DNA from: an uncultured delta proteobacterium
GTDB taxonomy: Bacteria > Myxococcota_A > Polyangia > Haliangiales > Haliangiaceae
Length of the DNA: 64,000 nt
Direction: 5' to 3'
NCBI GenBank assembly: GCA_963848295.1
Contig: CAWKDB010000011.1
Location: 672,001 to 736,000, forward strand
Shown here: in pieces, positions 43,712 through 53,992 of the stretch
How the letters are laid out: every line of letters begins with the position of its first letter
Numbering within the stretch: the first letter of the stretch is position 1
Made by a program: the position numbers and the translations under genes
The notes under the pieces: generated by a model
Databases searched by the model: none
Told to the model about the DNA's origin: nothing
What the model saw: only the letters and a program-made list of their open reading frames with translations

Positions 43712-45486
43712 GGCTGGGGTCCGATCGCGCGCGCGTAGTCGATCGCGGCCTGAGCCTCGTCGGCGCGGCCGGCTTCGCCGAGCAGCTTGGCCAGTCGCAG
43801 CCACGTCTTGGCGTAGCGCGTGTGGACCAACGTCGGCCATTCGTCGTCGAGACCGGGCCGCGGATAGTCGAGGTCGAACTTCGCGTAGACGTCGGTGTTC
43901 AGCTTGACGACCTGGTCGAGCGTCGGCGGCGCGACGCCGGCCGGCAAGATGCGCACGAGCACGCCGAACGGATAGTGCGGCAAGACCGCCTGCGGCTGCT
44001 TGAGGTACGGCTGGACGAACACCGGTCGACCGCTCGCGACGACATCTTCGATCATGTGCGCGGTGTCGGCGATGCCGAGCGCGGCGATCCGATCGCGGTA
44101 CCACGACAAGCCGAGCAACGGGACGTGGACGTAGGTCACGTCGCGGCGCTCGCCGAGCACGAGCTGCACGTAGTTCATCACCGCGCCGACATCGTCGTCG
44201 ACGCCGAACACGACCGCGCGCTCGGGCAGCGAGTGCAGCGTGTTCGACACCTGGTACTCGACCGCCGGCGCGTGAACGCGCGATAGGTGAGGCAGCGCGG
44301 CACCCGCGACCGCGACGAACGCGACCACGCCGAGCACCTGGCCGAGCCACGCCGAGCGCGCGAGCGCGGGCAGCGTGCGACCGAGCCAACCGCCGGCGCG
44401 ATCGAGCGCATCGGCGACCGCGGGCGCGAGCAGCAATGCCGGCAGGATATGAAACCGCGCGACGACGTAGCGCCCGACGCCTTCGGGCGCGACATCGAAC
44501 CGGGTGACGAGCACCGGCCCGGCGAGCGCGATGCACGCGAGCAGCAGCCCCCACGCGACGCGGCTCTCGGCGATGGGACCGCGCCGGCCTTCGAGCGGCA
44601 AGCCACGCCGGTCGTTACGCGCACGCACGATCCGATCGCCGAGGGCGACGAGCCCCGCGATCGCGGGCAGCCACAACCAGGTCCGGCCAACGGTCGACAG
44701 CAGCGCGAGCAAGCTCTCGCCGACCGGCACCGCGGGCCCGGTGCCGGCGAACGCGCCCGGGCCTCCGTACTCGCGCCGCAGGATGATGCCGACGACATCG
44801 GACAGGCTCGTGATGTGGCCCCACGAGCCCTGGTGCTCGGGCGCGACGAGCAGGTACAGATATGGCGTCAGGCCGAGGACCAGCCCGACCGTGGCGGCGA
44901 TCGCCGCGCGCGCCCCGCCCTCGCGCACCGCGCGCACGACGCCGAGGATCCCGATCGGCGCGACGAGCGCGCACGTCAGGTTGTTTGCGAGCCCCAAGCC
45001 GGCGACGAGCCCGAGCGCCAGCCCGCGCCAGATCCCGCGCAGCGGTCCGCCGCGCGCCGCGAGCCACAGCACACACGCGACGACGAGGCCGTTGAGCGCG
45101 AACACCTCGGCCTCGCAGTCCATCGCGAGCACGACGGGCGCGCCGGCGAACACCGCGACGGTCAGCGTCGCGGCGACCGGCTTCGCGCCCCACGCTCGAC
45201 AGGCCGCGTGCAGCGCGACGAACGCCACCGCGGCGAGCAACGCGGTCGCGATCGCGGCGGTGTGCGCCGGGCTCGCGCCGGGCAGCCACGAGGTCGCGCG
45301 CAAGTACAACACGTAGAGCGGATAGCCCGACGGGTGCGCCGCGCCGCCGAGCGCCCCGAGCGTGGAGAGCTCTGCGTTATCGCCATCGACGACGTGGGTC
45401 GGGGCGAGCCACACGTACAGGATCGCGATGGCGAGCCCGATCAGGCCGCCGCGCTCGAACATGAATCGCGCGACGCGCTGCCGCAA
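43708..45486 (-). CDS. DUF2723 / TMEM260-like GT-C membrane glycosyltransferase
   Basis: VDGDNAEL...LGGAAHPSGYPLY, EAEVFALN; start uncertain (45486 TTG or 45462 ATG). Confidence 0.82.
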   Translation of the reverse strand: MRQRVARFMFERGGLIGLAIAILYVWLAPTHVVDGDNAELSTLGALGGAAHPSGYPLYVLYLRATSWLPGASPAHTAAIATALLAAVAFVALHAACRAWGAKPVAATLTVAVFAGAPVVLAMDCEAEVFALNGLVVACVLWLAARGGPLRGIWRGLALGLVAGLGLANNLTCALVAPIGILGVVRAVREGGARAAIAATVGLVLGLTPYLYLLVAPEHQGSWGHITSLSDVVGIILRREYGGPGAFAGTGPAVPVGESLLALLSTVGRTWLWLPAIAGLVALGDRIVRARNDRRGLPLEGRRGPIAESRVAWGLLLACIALAGPVLVTRFDVAPEGVGRYVVARFHILPALLLAPAVADALDRAGGWLGRTLPALARSAWLGQVLGVVAFVAVAGAALPHLSRVHAPAVEYQVSNTLHSLPERAVVFGVDDDVGAVMNYVQLVLGERRDVTYVHVPLLGLSWYRDRIAALGIADTAHMIEDVVASGRPVFVQPYLKQPQAVLPHYPFGVLVRILPAGVAPPTLDQVVKLNTDVYAKFDLDYPRPGLDDEWPTLVHTRYAKTWLRLAKLLGEAGRADEAQAAIDYARAIGPQP

Positions 45487-45531
45487 TCGTCAGCATCATA
45501 GCGAACTTCGTCGGCGCTCGCCCGCGGGGTC

Positions 45532-46081
45532 TCAGTCGCTCGCCCGCGGTGCGAGCGCGGTCGCGAACGCGCGCGCTTGGTCGGCCTCGGCGCGATGACC
45601 GGCGAGCTCGAGCTCGTGCGCGAGGATCCGCCAGGTCTGCGCGTACTTGTCTTGATAGTGGGTCGCGAGCTCGTCGTAGGCGGTCGGCAGCTGGTAGTCG
45701 AGCGCGAACGTGGTGAACAGCTGCTTGATGCTCGACCGCGGTCCGCGCGGCACGGTTAAGCCGATCCGATGTTCGAACCGGGCGCGGTAGCTCGCCTGCG
45801 CGACGCGGACGTCGGTCCGATCCCGCAGCGCGTCTTGAAAGTAACTCGCGCCCGAGGCCAGCTCGTCCTCCGACACGATCAGCAGCGCGCCGTGCGGCAT
45901 CGAGTGCAGCGTGTTGCCGACCGCATCCTCGACCGCCGCCGAGTCGACGCGCCCGAGCTTGCCGAGCGAGGTCGCGATGTTCGCGGCCGCGAGCGCGATC
46001 GTTGTCGCCGTCGACGAAGTGAGCCGGCGCGAGCGCGAGGTGCGCGAGGCCGATCGCGACCGCACCGCCCCGGACGATCAA
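45532..46081 (-). pseudogene. Internally deleted fourth DUF2723-like paralog
   Basis: N-terminal LAPAHFVDGDN motif in one frame is joined out of frame to the C-terminal domain (VDSAAVEDAVGNTLHSMPHGA...FALDY.LP...DE.AT....KYAQTW), which is homologous to the three paralogs; the TM core is missing. Confidence 0.7.
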
Positions 46082-46155
46082 GACGTTTCGCGCGATCGCG
46101 GCGAACCGCGAGCGCGGGGTATCGAGTACGGCGTCGGGCGTGCCATATTCTAGCC

Positions 46156-47592
<1,437 letters not shown>

Positions 47593-47739
47593 TGCGACTC
47601 CGAGAAATCCCCAGGATAAGTCGATCGATAAGCCGGTTACCCGACGGCTAACCGGCGCGGATTGGCAGCGACCATGCCGCAAATCGTCACTCTCGCGGCG
47701 CTTCCCCGACTGCACGGCGGAGTTCTGCACGGTTACGCG

Positions 47740-47755
47740 CGGCACGCTCGTTGCT
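47740..47755 (+). promoter_or_regulatory. Sigma54 (-24/-12) promoter of pilA
   Basis: CGGCACG-CTCG-TTGCT with GG-N10-GC spacing, 28 nt before the pilin ATG and downstream of a sigma54 activator. Confidence 0.8.
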
Positions 47756-47783
47756 GTAGCTCGGTTCACCCAGGAGGACCTAG

Positions 47784-48332
47784 ATGAAGCAACGCAAGCA
47801 GATGGCTGGTTTCACGCTGATCGAGCTCATGATCGTCGTCGCGATTATCGGCATTCTAGCCGCGGTCGCGATCCCCGCATTCCTCGACTACATGAAGAAG
47901 TCGAAGGCGACGGAGGCCGGCGAGCAGCTCAACGCGATCGGCAAGGTCCAGAAGCGCACCTACGGCGAGAACTCGTCGTTCACCGTCGGTAACGGCGCGT
48001 TCCTGCCGACCGGCGTGTCGGCGACCACTGGTTGCTGCGGCTTGAAGGGCGGTACAGAGTCCACCCCCGGCACCACGGTCAACAACAAGTGCATGTCGAC
48101 CCCGGCCGCGTTCAAAGCCGACTCGCAGTGGGTCGCGATGGGCTTCTCGGTCGGTGAAGAGAGTGCGTACGGCTACTCGTACGTCGGCACCAGCGCGACT
48201 CAGTTCACCGCGTACGCGATCGGCGACGCCGACTGCGACGGTACTCCGGCGACGTTCACGCTGCAGGGCACGCTCGATTCCGCGGGTAACCCGTCGGTCA
48301 ACTTGATCAAGCCGCTCGCCGGCGTGTTCTAA
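47784..48332 (+). CDS. pilA: Type IV major pilin
   Basis: Class III signal [40 protein letters not shown]; sigma54 promoter. Confidence 0.93.
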   Translation: MKQRKQMAGFTLIELMIVVAIIGILAAVAIPAFLDYMKKSKATEAGEQLNAIGKVQKRTYGENSSFTVGNGAFLPTGVSATTGCCGLKGGTESTPGTTVNNKCMSTPAAFKADSQWVAMGFSVGEESAYGYSYVGTSATQFTAYAIGDADCDGTPATFTLQGTLDSAGNPSVNLIKPLAGVF

Positions 48333-48376
48333 AGATCGGGTAAGCCTCGGGTCCCTTGGGGGACTGACCCTCGCAT

Positions 48377-48406
48377 CGCGCCCACGGCAGGAATACCGTG
48401 GGCGCG
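48377..48406. terminator. 11-bp GC hairpin between the two pilin genes (terminator or mRNA-stabilising stem)
   Basis: cgcgcccacgg-caggaata-ccgtgggcgcg; no U-tract. Confidence 0.45.
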
Positions 48407-48432
48407 CTGCCATCTACGCCAATTCGCCCGCC

Positions 48433-48975
48433 ATGACGTTCAAACGCAAAGGCTTCACGCTGATCGAGCTGATGATCGTCGTTGCGATCATCGGGATCCT
48501 CGCGGCGGTCGCGATCCCCGCGTTCCTAGACTACATGCGGAAGTCTCGGGCGACCGAGGCCCAGGAGATGCTGTCCTCGATCGGTAAGCTGCAGAAGCGC
48601 GCATACGGCGACAGCGCCTCGTTCACGGAGACCGACGGCGCGTTCCTACCGACGGGTGTCAGCACGACGCTCGGTTGCTGCGGCCTGATGGGCGGCACCG
48701 AGACCACGCCCGGGACCAAGGTGATCAACCGCTGCATGGCCACCCCGAGCGCGTTCAAGGCCGACCCCGGCTGGGTCCTGATGGGGTTCTCGGTCGGCGA
48801 GGAGAGCAGCTACGGCTACTCGTTCAAGTCGAACAGCGCGACCTCGTTCGACGCGTACGGCATCGGGAACACGGACTGCGACGTCACCCCCGCGACGTAT
48901 ACGCTGCACGGCACGCTGGACTCCGCGGGCAATCCGTCCGTCGTGATGACCAAGCCGCCGGTCGGCACGTACTAG
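48433..48975 (+). CDS. Type IV pilin, tandem paralog
   Basis: [29 protein letters not shown]; colinear with the first pilin, including GCCG and the other Cys. Confidence 0.92.
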   Translation: MTFKRKGFTLIELMIVVAIIGILAAVAIPAFLDYMRKSRATEAQEMLSSIGKLQKRAYGDSASFTETDGAFLPTGVSTTLGCCGLMGGTETTPGTKVINRCMATPSAFKADPGWVLMGFSVGEESSYGYSFKSNSATSFDAYGIGNTDCDVTPATYTLHGTLDSAGNPSVVMTKPPVGTY

Positions 48976-48980
48976 CCCCG

Positions 48981-50018
48981 GTCGGGTTGCCCCGGGTGTG
49001 ACCCGGGGCTCCCACAGATCCGGACGTGCCGATTTCCGGCATCCGGCTCTTCGTCCACGGATTCGCTACGTCCGGTAGATGCTGTGGACGACCTTGGGCG
49101 GCAGAAGCGGATATCGCTCCAGCACGCGCATGAATCGTGGCCACGGCATCGCACCGCGTCCTGTCCGACGGTGCAGCCATTTCTGCCAGACACGGGTCAC
49201 CTCGTAAAAGAAACTCGAGAGCGCGTTGGCGTTTCCGGTGATACCGAAATAGCCGTAGTGCCAGCATCTGCGAGAGGTGTTTGTGCTGTCTGGCGATCTT
49301 GTCGTGCAGGTGAAGCCTGCACCACTGGCTGACCCGTCGAAGTGCGCGACCAAATCGACTGCGAGCCGTCTGCCGCTTCACCACCCACGTTTTCTTGAGC
49401 GACTTTCCCCAGAAGTGCGTGAAGCCGAGCAGATCAAAGCTCTCGGTGTCCACGTCCTTCGGGGTATCGCTCTTCTGCGGCCGGACAAGCCTCACCAGCC
49501 GCGTCTTCGTTGGATGGAGCTTCAGTCCGTATTTGCCGAATCGTTTCGGCAGTACGTCCATCACCTTGCGAGCGTCATCCTCCGACGAGAATACGAGGAC
49601 AGCGTCGTCCGCGTACCGGACGAGAAACGCGTGGCCTTGCAGCCTAGGCTTCACGTCCGCCTCGAACCACGTGTCGAGCACCTCGTGTAAATAGACGTTC
49701 GCCAGGAGCGGCGAGATGACCCCGCCTTGTGGTGTTCCAGCATCGGCGTATCGCAGCTCGGTTGCTTCGAGGACGCCGGCCTTGAGCCACTTGTTGATCG
49801 TGCGACGCAGTACTCCGTCTCGTACTCGGCGGTCGAGGAAGCTCCGCAAGTGCTCGTGGTCCAACGTGTCGAAGAAAGCTTCGATGTCGATCTCCAGCAC
49901 CCACCCACCCTGCATCTCCATCAAGCCGTCCCAAAGCGCCTGCAGAGCATCATGGGCCGAGCGCGCGGGTCGGAAGCCATACGAGCAGTCGTGAAACTCC
50001 TGCTCGTAGATCGCTTCG
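48981..50018 (-). mobile_element. 5'-truncated group II intron remnant
   Basis: Domain V gaagagccggatgccggaaatcggcacgtccggatct (~49016-49052, AGC triad); domain VI hairpin ending ...cccgac at 48981; RT-maturase ORF upstream; 5' ribozyme domains absent. Confidence 0.9.
49066..50017 (-). pseudogene. ltrA: Group II intron reverse transcriptase/maturase, N-terminally truncated and frameshifted
   Basis: EAIYEQEFHDCSYGFRP, DIEAFFD, GTPQGGVISPLLANVYL, RYADD, FDLLGF. A frameshift near 49262 precedes HYGYFGITGN (domain X). No endonuclease domain. Confidence 0.9.
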
Positions 50019-50100
50019 GAAGCTCGCCGATGATCTCCAGTGCCAGCGCGAGGAACTCGATCGAGCGTTGATCGACGCGAAGCTTCTGGAAGCTGAGCAT
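50014..50100 (-). pseudogene. N-terminal 29 codons of a third four-helix-bundle protein, fused to the intron remnant
   Basis: MLSFQKLRVDQRSIEFLALALEIIGELPK resembles the family N-terminus F-x-K-L-x-V-[YW]-Q...LP; degenerate hexamer repeats upstream (50162-50196). Confidence 0.65.
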
Positions 50101-50215
50101 GACCGGGCTATCGGCCACACAACTCCGGAGTTGCCGTGTCAACGACAACGTCTAAGGTGCCGTTCAAGTTCAGGGGGTTCAGGTCAAGGTCAACGTTATC
50201 TGAGCGGCATTGGCC

Positions 50216-51076
50216 CTAGACCGCGCTCGCGACGACCTGAATGTCGGCGCACACCGCGTAGTGATCGCTGGCGGCGATCTCGCCCTCGCCGCGCCCTTCG
50301 CGCTCGGTGAGCGCGACGTCGCACGCGTGCACGGTCGCGCGTCCGTCCTTCTTGCGCGTGGTGACCAGCACGTAGTCGATCCGGCGATCGAGATCGAGCG
50401 AGCGCAACGGGCGCGTCGAGCGATTCTCGCTCGACCACGTGATGCCTTGCGCGGGGCCATCGCCCGGGCCGGGCTCGCGGTGCAGCCGCAGCCACGCGTC
50501 CTGGAAGTGCGTGCGCCGGCCGGCGAGCGTCGTCAGCCCGCGCAGAAAGCGCAGCTCGTCAGAATCCGCGGTCGCGTTGAAGTCGCCGCACAGGATCTGC
50601 GGCGGCGACGTGTTGTCGCGCCCGAGGGCGCGCAGCTCGCCATCGATCGCGACGACCTGGTGCTCGCGCGCGACCCCGTCGTCGAGCCGATAGTGCAGAT
50701 GTGTCGTGTGGACCCAGATCGGGCCACCGTCGGTCGCGACCTGACCCGATAGCAAGATCCTCGCGTCGCCGGGGCGAGGCTCGGGCAGCGCGAGCACCCG
50801 GACCTCCGCGACCGGCGCGCGCGCGAGGATCGCGAGGCCCTCTTCGCCGGCGTCGGACGTCACCGCCGGGCGGTAGGTCGCGTGCAACCCGAGTGCGTCC
50901 GCGACGACGTCGGCGGTCGTGCGCCCGGCGCCCGCCGCGAGCGGGCGGACCTCCTGCAGGCACACCACATCGGGATCGAGGGCGCGCAGCTGTCGGGTCG
51001 CGAGCGCCAACCGGCGATCGAGCGGCGGCTCGATTCCCCAGAGGTTGAGCGTGACGACGCGCAGGTTCGACTTCAC
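50216..51076 (-). CDS. Endonuclease/exonuclease/phosphatase (EEP) family protein
   Basis: VTLNLW, DVVCLQEV, TTHL, CGDFN, RIDYV, SDHYAV. Confidence 0.93.
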   Translation of the reverse strand: MKSNLRVVTLNLWGIEPPLDRRLALATRQLRALDPDVVCLQEVRPLAAGAGRTTADVVADALGLHATYRPAVTSDAGEEGLAILARAPVAEVRVLALPEPRPGDARILLSGQVATDGGPIWVHTTHLHYRLDDGVAREHQVVAIDGELRALGRDNTSPPQILCGDFNATADSDELRFLRGLTTLAGRRTHFQDAWLRLHREPGPGDGPAQGITWSSENRSTRPLRSLDLDRRIDYVLVTTRKKDGRATVHACDVALTEREGRGEGEIAASDHYAVCADIQVVASAV

Positions 51077-51148
51077 GCCGCGACTATTGCATAGCCGGCC
51101 AAAACCCGTTCAGCGCCAGCCCGGGCCGTGCTAAAAACCTTGGCCTTC

Positions 51149-51223
51149 GGAGCCATCGCCAAGTGGTAAGGCACTGGTCTGCAAAACCAGCATTCCCCGG
51201 TTCAAATCCGGGTGGCTCCTCCA
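51149..51223 (+). tRNA. tRNA-Cys (GCA)
   Basis: Acceptor stem ggagcca/tggctcc, D-loop aagtggtaa, anticodon arm ctggt-ctGCAaa-accag, T-loop ttcaaat, U73 discriminator and encoded CCA. Confidence 0.97.
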
Positions 51224-51330
51224 GCGGTTAGACCTCAGAACCTGACGCGATATCCGGCCCCGGTGCGGTGTGCTGACACCTCGAGCGACGAGCCTGACTC
51301 GCGCCGTCACGCGCCGTGACGACTCGACGG

Positions 51331-51366
51331 TTGCCGCATACGAAGGTATGTAATACGCTGGTATGC
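51331..51366 (+). promoter_or_regulatory. Promoter with tandem palindromic operators of the TA operon
   Basis: TTGCCG-N17-TACGCT overlapped by catac-gaag-gtatg and atac-gctg-gtat, directly before the antitoxin ATG. Confidence 0.6.
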
Positions 51367-51618
51367 ATGAATGTCGATCGCCTCTCCATCACGTTGGATC
51401 CGCGACTGGGTGCCGCGGCGCGCAAGGCGGCCAAACGAGCGAAGGTAAGCTTGTCGACGTGGATTGCCGAAGCGACATCGGACCGCGTACGCAACGAGGC
51501 CCTCGGCCACGCGCTCGACCAGTGGGAGAGCGAGGACGGAACCTTTTCTTCTCGGGAGCTAGCAGCCGCCGCAGCGGCGCTGGGCCTCGACGGCAAGCGC
51601 AAGCGCAGGCGTGGATGA
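51367..51618 (+). CDS. Ribbon-helix-helix antitoxin (VapB-like)
   Basis: RLSITLD...AA......SLSTWIAEA RHH pattern; ATGA overlap with the PIN gene. Confidence 0.8.
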   Translation: MNVDRLSITLDPRLGAAARKAAKRAKVSLSTWIAEATSDRVRNEALGHALDQWESEDGTFSSRELAAAAAALGLDGKRKRRRG

Positions 51619-51992
51619 AGGCGGTCATCGACGCAGGCGCGTTTCTCGCGATCGAGAAACGCGATCGCAGGGTAGGCGCGATGCTACGCGTCCTCCAAGC
51701 ACATCGCGTCCCGTTGTGGACGAGCGCGGCGGTCGTAGCTCAGGTCTGGCGCAACGGTCGCAAGCAGGCGCTGCTCGCAAAGATGCTCGCGGGCGTCGGC
51801 GTGCGTGCACTTGGCGATGGGGATGCCAAAGCCATCGGGGAGCTCCTCGCGCTCGCGCACAGGAATGACGTGGTCGACGCACACGTCGCCGTCGCGGTCG
51901 ATGATGGCGACTACGTGTTCACCAGCGATCCGGACGACATCGCGCGGCTGCTGGCACTGCGCCAGATCGAGGCCGCGGTCACGAGGACTTGA
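51615..51992 (+). CDS. PIN-domain toxin (VapC-like)
   Basis: MKAVIDAGAFLA...VVAQVWR...DVVDAHV...TSDPDD; 125 aa. Confidence 0.85.
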   Translation: MKAVIDAGAFLAIEKRDRRVGAMLRVLQAHRVPLWTSAAVVAQVWRNGRKQALLAKMLAGVGVRALGDGDAKAIGELLALAHRNDVVDAHVAVAVDDGDYVFTSDPDDIARLLALRQIEAAVTRT

Positions 51993-52111
51993 CGTCGCGC
52001 TTCTGGGTGAAGGACTGGTAACGGACTGGGATTGCGTTGGCATTCCGCCCAATTAGCGAGGGCGCGGATTTCTTGTCAGGTTCGTGCGCGCGCGGAGTAC
52101 TCACCCACGAC

Positions 52112-53926
52112 ATGGAGACGATCGAGAAGACGGATGTCGAGCTCGTCGAGGCCAGCCGCCGCGGCGAGCTCGACGCGTTCGGGCACCTGGTCGCGCGCTA
52201 CCAGAACGTGGTGTGCGCGGTCGGGTATAGCTCGACCGGCGATCGCGTACTCGGCGAAGACGTCGCGCAAGAGACGTTCATCGCCGCGTGGCGGCAGCTC
52301 GATCGCGTGCGCGACGTGATGCGTCTACGGCCCTGGCTGTGCGGGATCGCGCGCAACCTCGGCCACAAGGCGAAGAAGCGCACGCGCCGCGAGGAGCTGG
52401 TCGACACCGACGAGCACGTGGGATCCGGTCCGAGCCCGTTCGACGAGCTCGCGCGCGGCGACGCCGAGCGCGTCGTCCGCCGTGCGCTCGCGCGCGTGCC
52501 CGAGACCTATCGCGAAGTGCTGGTCCTCTACTATCGCGAGGACCAATCGATCCGCGAGGTCGCCGAGACGCTCGGGATCAGCGAGGACGCGGTGATGCAG
52601 CGGCTGTCGCGCGGCAGGCGCTACCTCGCTGACAGCGTGTCCACGCTCGTCGAGCAGTCGTTGAAGGGCGCGCGGCCGCGACGCGATCTCGTCGCGGCGG
52701 TGCTCGCCGCGATCGCGCTCTACTTGGTTCCGTCCCGTGTCGATGCCTCTACCGCGAAACCGAAACCAAAAGGATCGACCATGCTGAAGCTCGCCCTCGC
52801 CACGTCGGCGCTCGCCGTCGTCGGCACCACCGCCTATCTGATTCACTCGCACAGCGACACACCACCCGCCGCCGCAAGCACCACCAGGTCGTTGCTCCAC
52901 TACGGCGCCGGACTCGCGCGTGCACCGACGCTGGGACCGACCGCGCCGCCGCACTTGACCGCCGCGCGCAAGGCGGCATCGAACGACCTCGGGCTGCTTC
53001 CCGCCGACTCCGACATCGTCTTCGGCATCGACATGGAGCGCATCCAGAAGGCCGCACTGTGGAAAATGTTCGTCGCCCCGGAGCTCGCGAACGCGAACGG
53101 CCTCCACGAGTTCGTGACCAAGTGCGGCTTCGATCCACTCGCGTCGCTGACGTCGGTGGCGATCGGCATCAAGGGCCTCGGCCCCGACACGTCTCCGACT
53201 GGAACGGTCGTCGTTCACGGCTTCGACAAGGTGAAGACAATGGCGTGCGTTCAGCAAGAGAACGCCGCGGACCCCGACCACGACGTGACGGTCGAGGGCG
53301 ACGTCGTCCTGTTCGCGCCCAGCCACGAGGGCACCCAGGCTGGGTTCAGATTTATCGACGACACCACCGCGCTGTTCGTGTTCGGCCCGGGCCCGATCAC
53401 GAAGGCCAGCATCGACAAGATCGCAACCGGCGACACCGGCCTCGAGACCGCGCCCGGGTTCGCCGACATGTTCCACAACATCAACAGCGACGACCCGCTA
53501 TGGTTCGTGGTCGCCCCGAGCTCGCCGCTGTTCCCCCTGATCAACGCCGCGATCGCGACTCAAACCGACCTCCAGCTGCACGCGCTGTACGGCTCGATCG
53601 ACATCACCGACTCCATCGTCGTCGAGGCCGGGATCCGACTCGCATCGCCGGATCAGGTCAGCAAGGTCGTCGCCGAGGTCCAGACCAAGCTCGAGAAGCT
53701 GTCCGCGAGCGGCGCGCTGTCGCAGTACTTCGACCAGCTCGACGTCAACGCCGACGGCGGCGACGTGATCATCAGCCTCGCCGCGAACACCGGGCAACTG
53801 CTGAACATCGCGAGGTCGCGCTCGGTTCAGGCAAGCGCGAGCGCGACCCCTGCGGGCCCCGATGGCCCAGGTACGTTCACGCTCAGCGCGAGCATCCCCT
53901 CGGCAGACCCGCCGTCGGTCAAGTAA
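52112..53926 (+). CDS. ECF sigma factor fused to TM segment(s) and a large extracytoplasmic domain
   Basis: Sigma2 (AFGHLVARY, EDVAQETFIAAW, WLCGIARN), sigma4 (YREVLVLYY...EVAETLGIS...RLSRGR), two hydrophobic stretches, ~350-aa C-terminal domain. Confidence 0.88.
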   Translation: METIEKTDVELVEASRRGELDAFGHLVARYQNVVCAVGYSSTGDRVLGEDVAQETFIAAWRQLDRVRDVMRLRPWLCGIARNLGHKAKKRTRREELVDTDEHVGSGPSPFDELARGDAERVVRRALARVPETYREVLVLYYREDQSIREVAETLGISEDAVMQRLSRGRRYLADSVSTLVEQSLKGARPRRDLVAAVLAAIALYLVPSRVDASTAKPKPKGSTMLKLALATSALAVVGTTAYLIHSHSDTPPAAASTTRSLLHYGAGLARAPTLGPTAPPHLTAARKAASNDLGLLPADSDIVFGIDMERIQKAALWKMFVAPELANANGLHEFVTKCGFDPLASLTSVAIGIKGLGPDTSPTGTVVVHGFDKVKTMACVQQENAADPDHDVTVEGDVVLFAPSHEGTQAGFRFIDDTTALFVFGPGPITKASIDKIATGDTGLETAPGFADMFHNINSDDPLWFVVAPSSPLFPLINAAIATQTDLQLHALYGSIDITDSIVVEAGIRLASPDQVSKVVAEVQTKLEKLSASGALSQYFDQLDVNADGGDVIISLAANTGQLLNIARSRSVQASASATPAGPDGPGTFTLSASIPSADPPSVK

Positions 53927-53992
53927 CGGTGTTACGCGGGGGTCACGGTTGTTCCCAGCTGTGATGTCAGAGCGGCGCTGTAGGTTAAACGC

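Noticed and set aside
47663..47677. Second sigma54-like site (TGGCAGCGACCATGC)
   Set aside because: It has GG-N10-GC spacing but a weaker consensus than 47740-47755 and lies where activator binding sites would be expected.
47784..50100. Diversity-generating retroelement (Avd-like gene + RT + two similar pilins as TR/VR)
   Set aside because: The RT has group II intron features (PQGG, YADD, domain X) and is followed by intron DV/DVI. The differences between the pilins are not adenine-specific, and both are complete genes.
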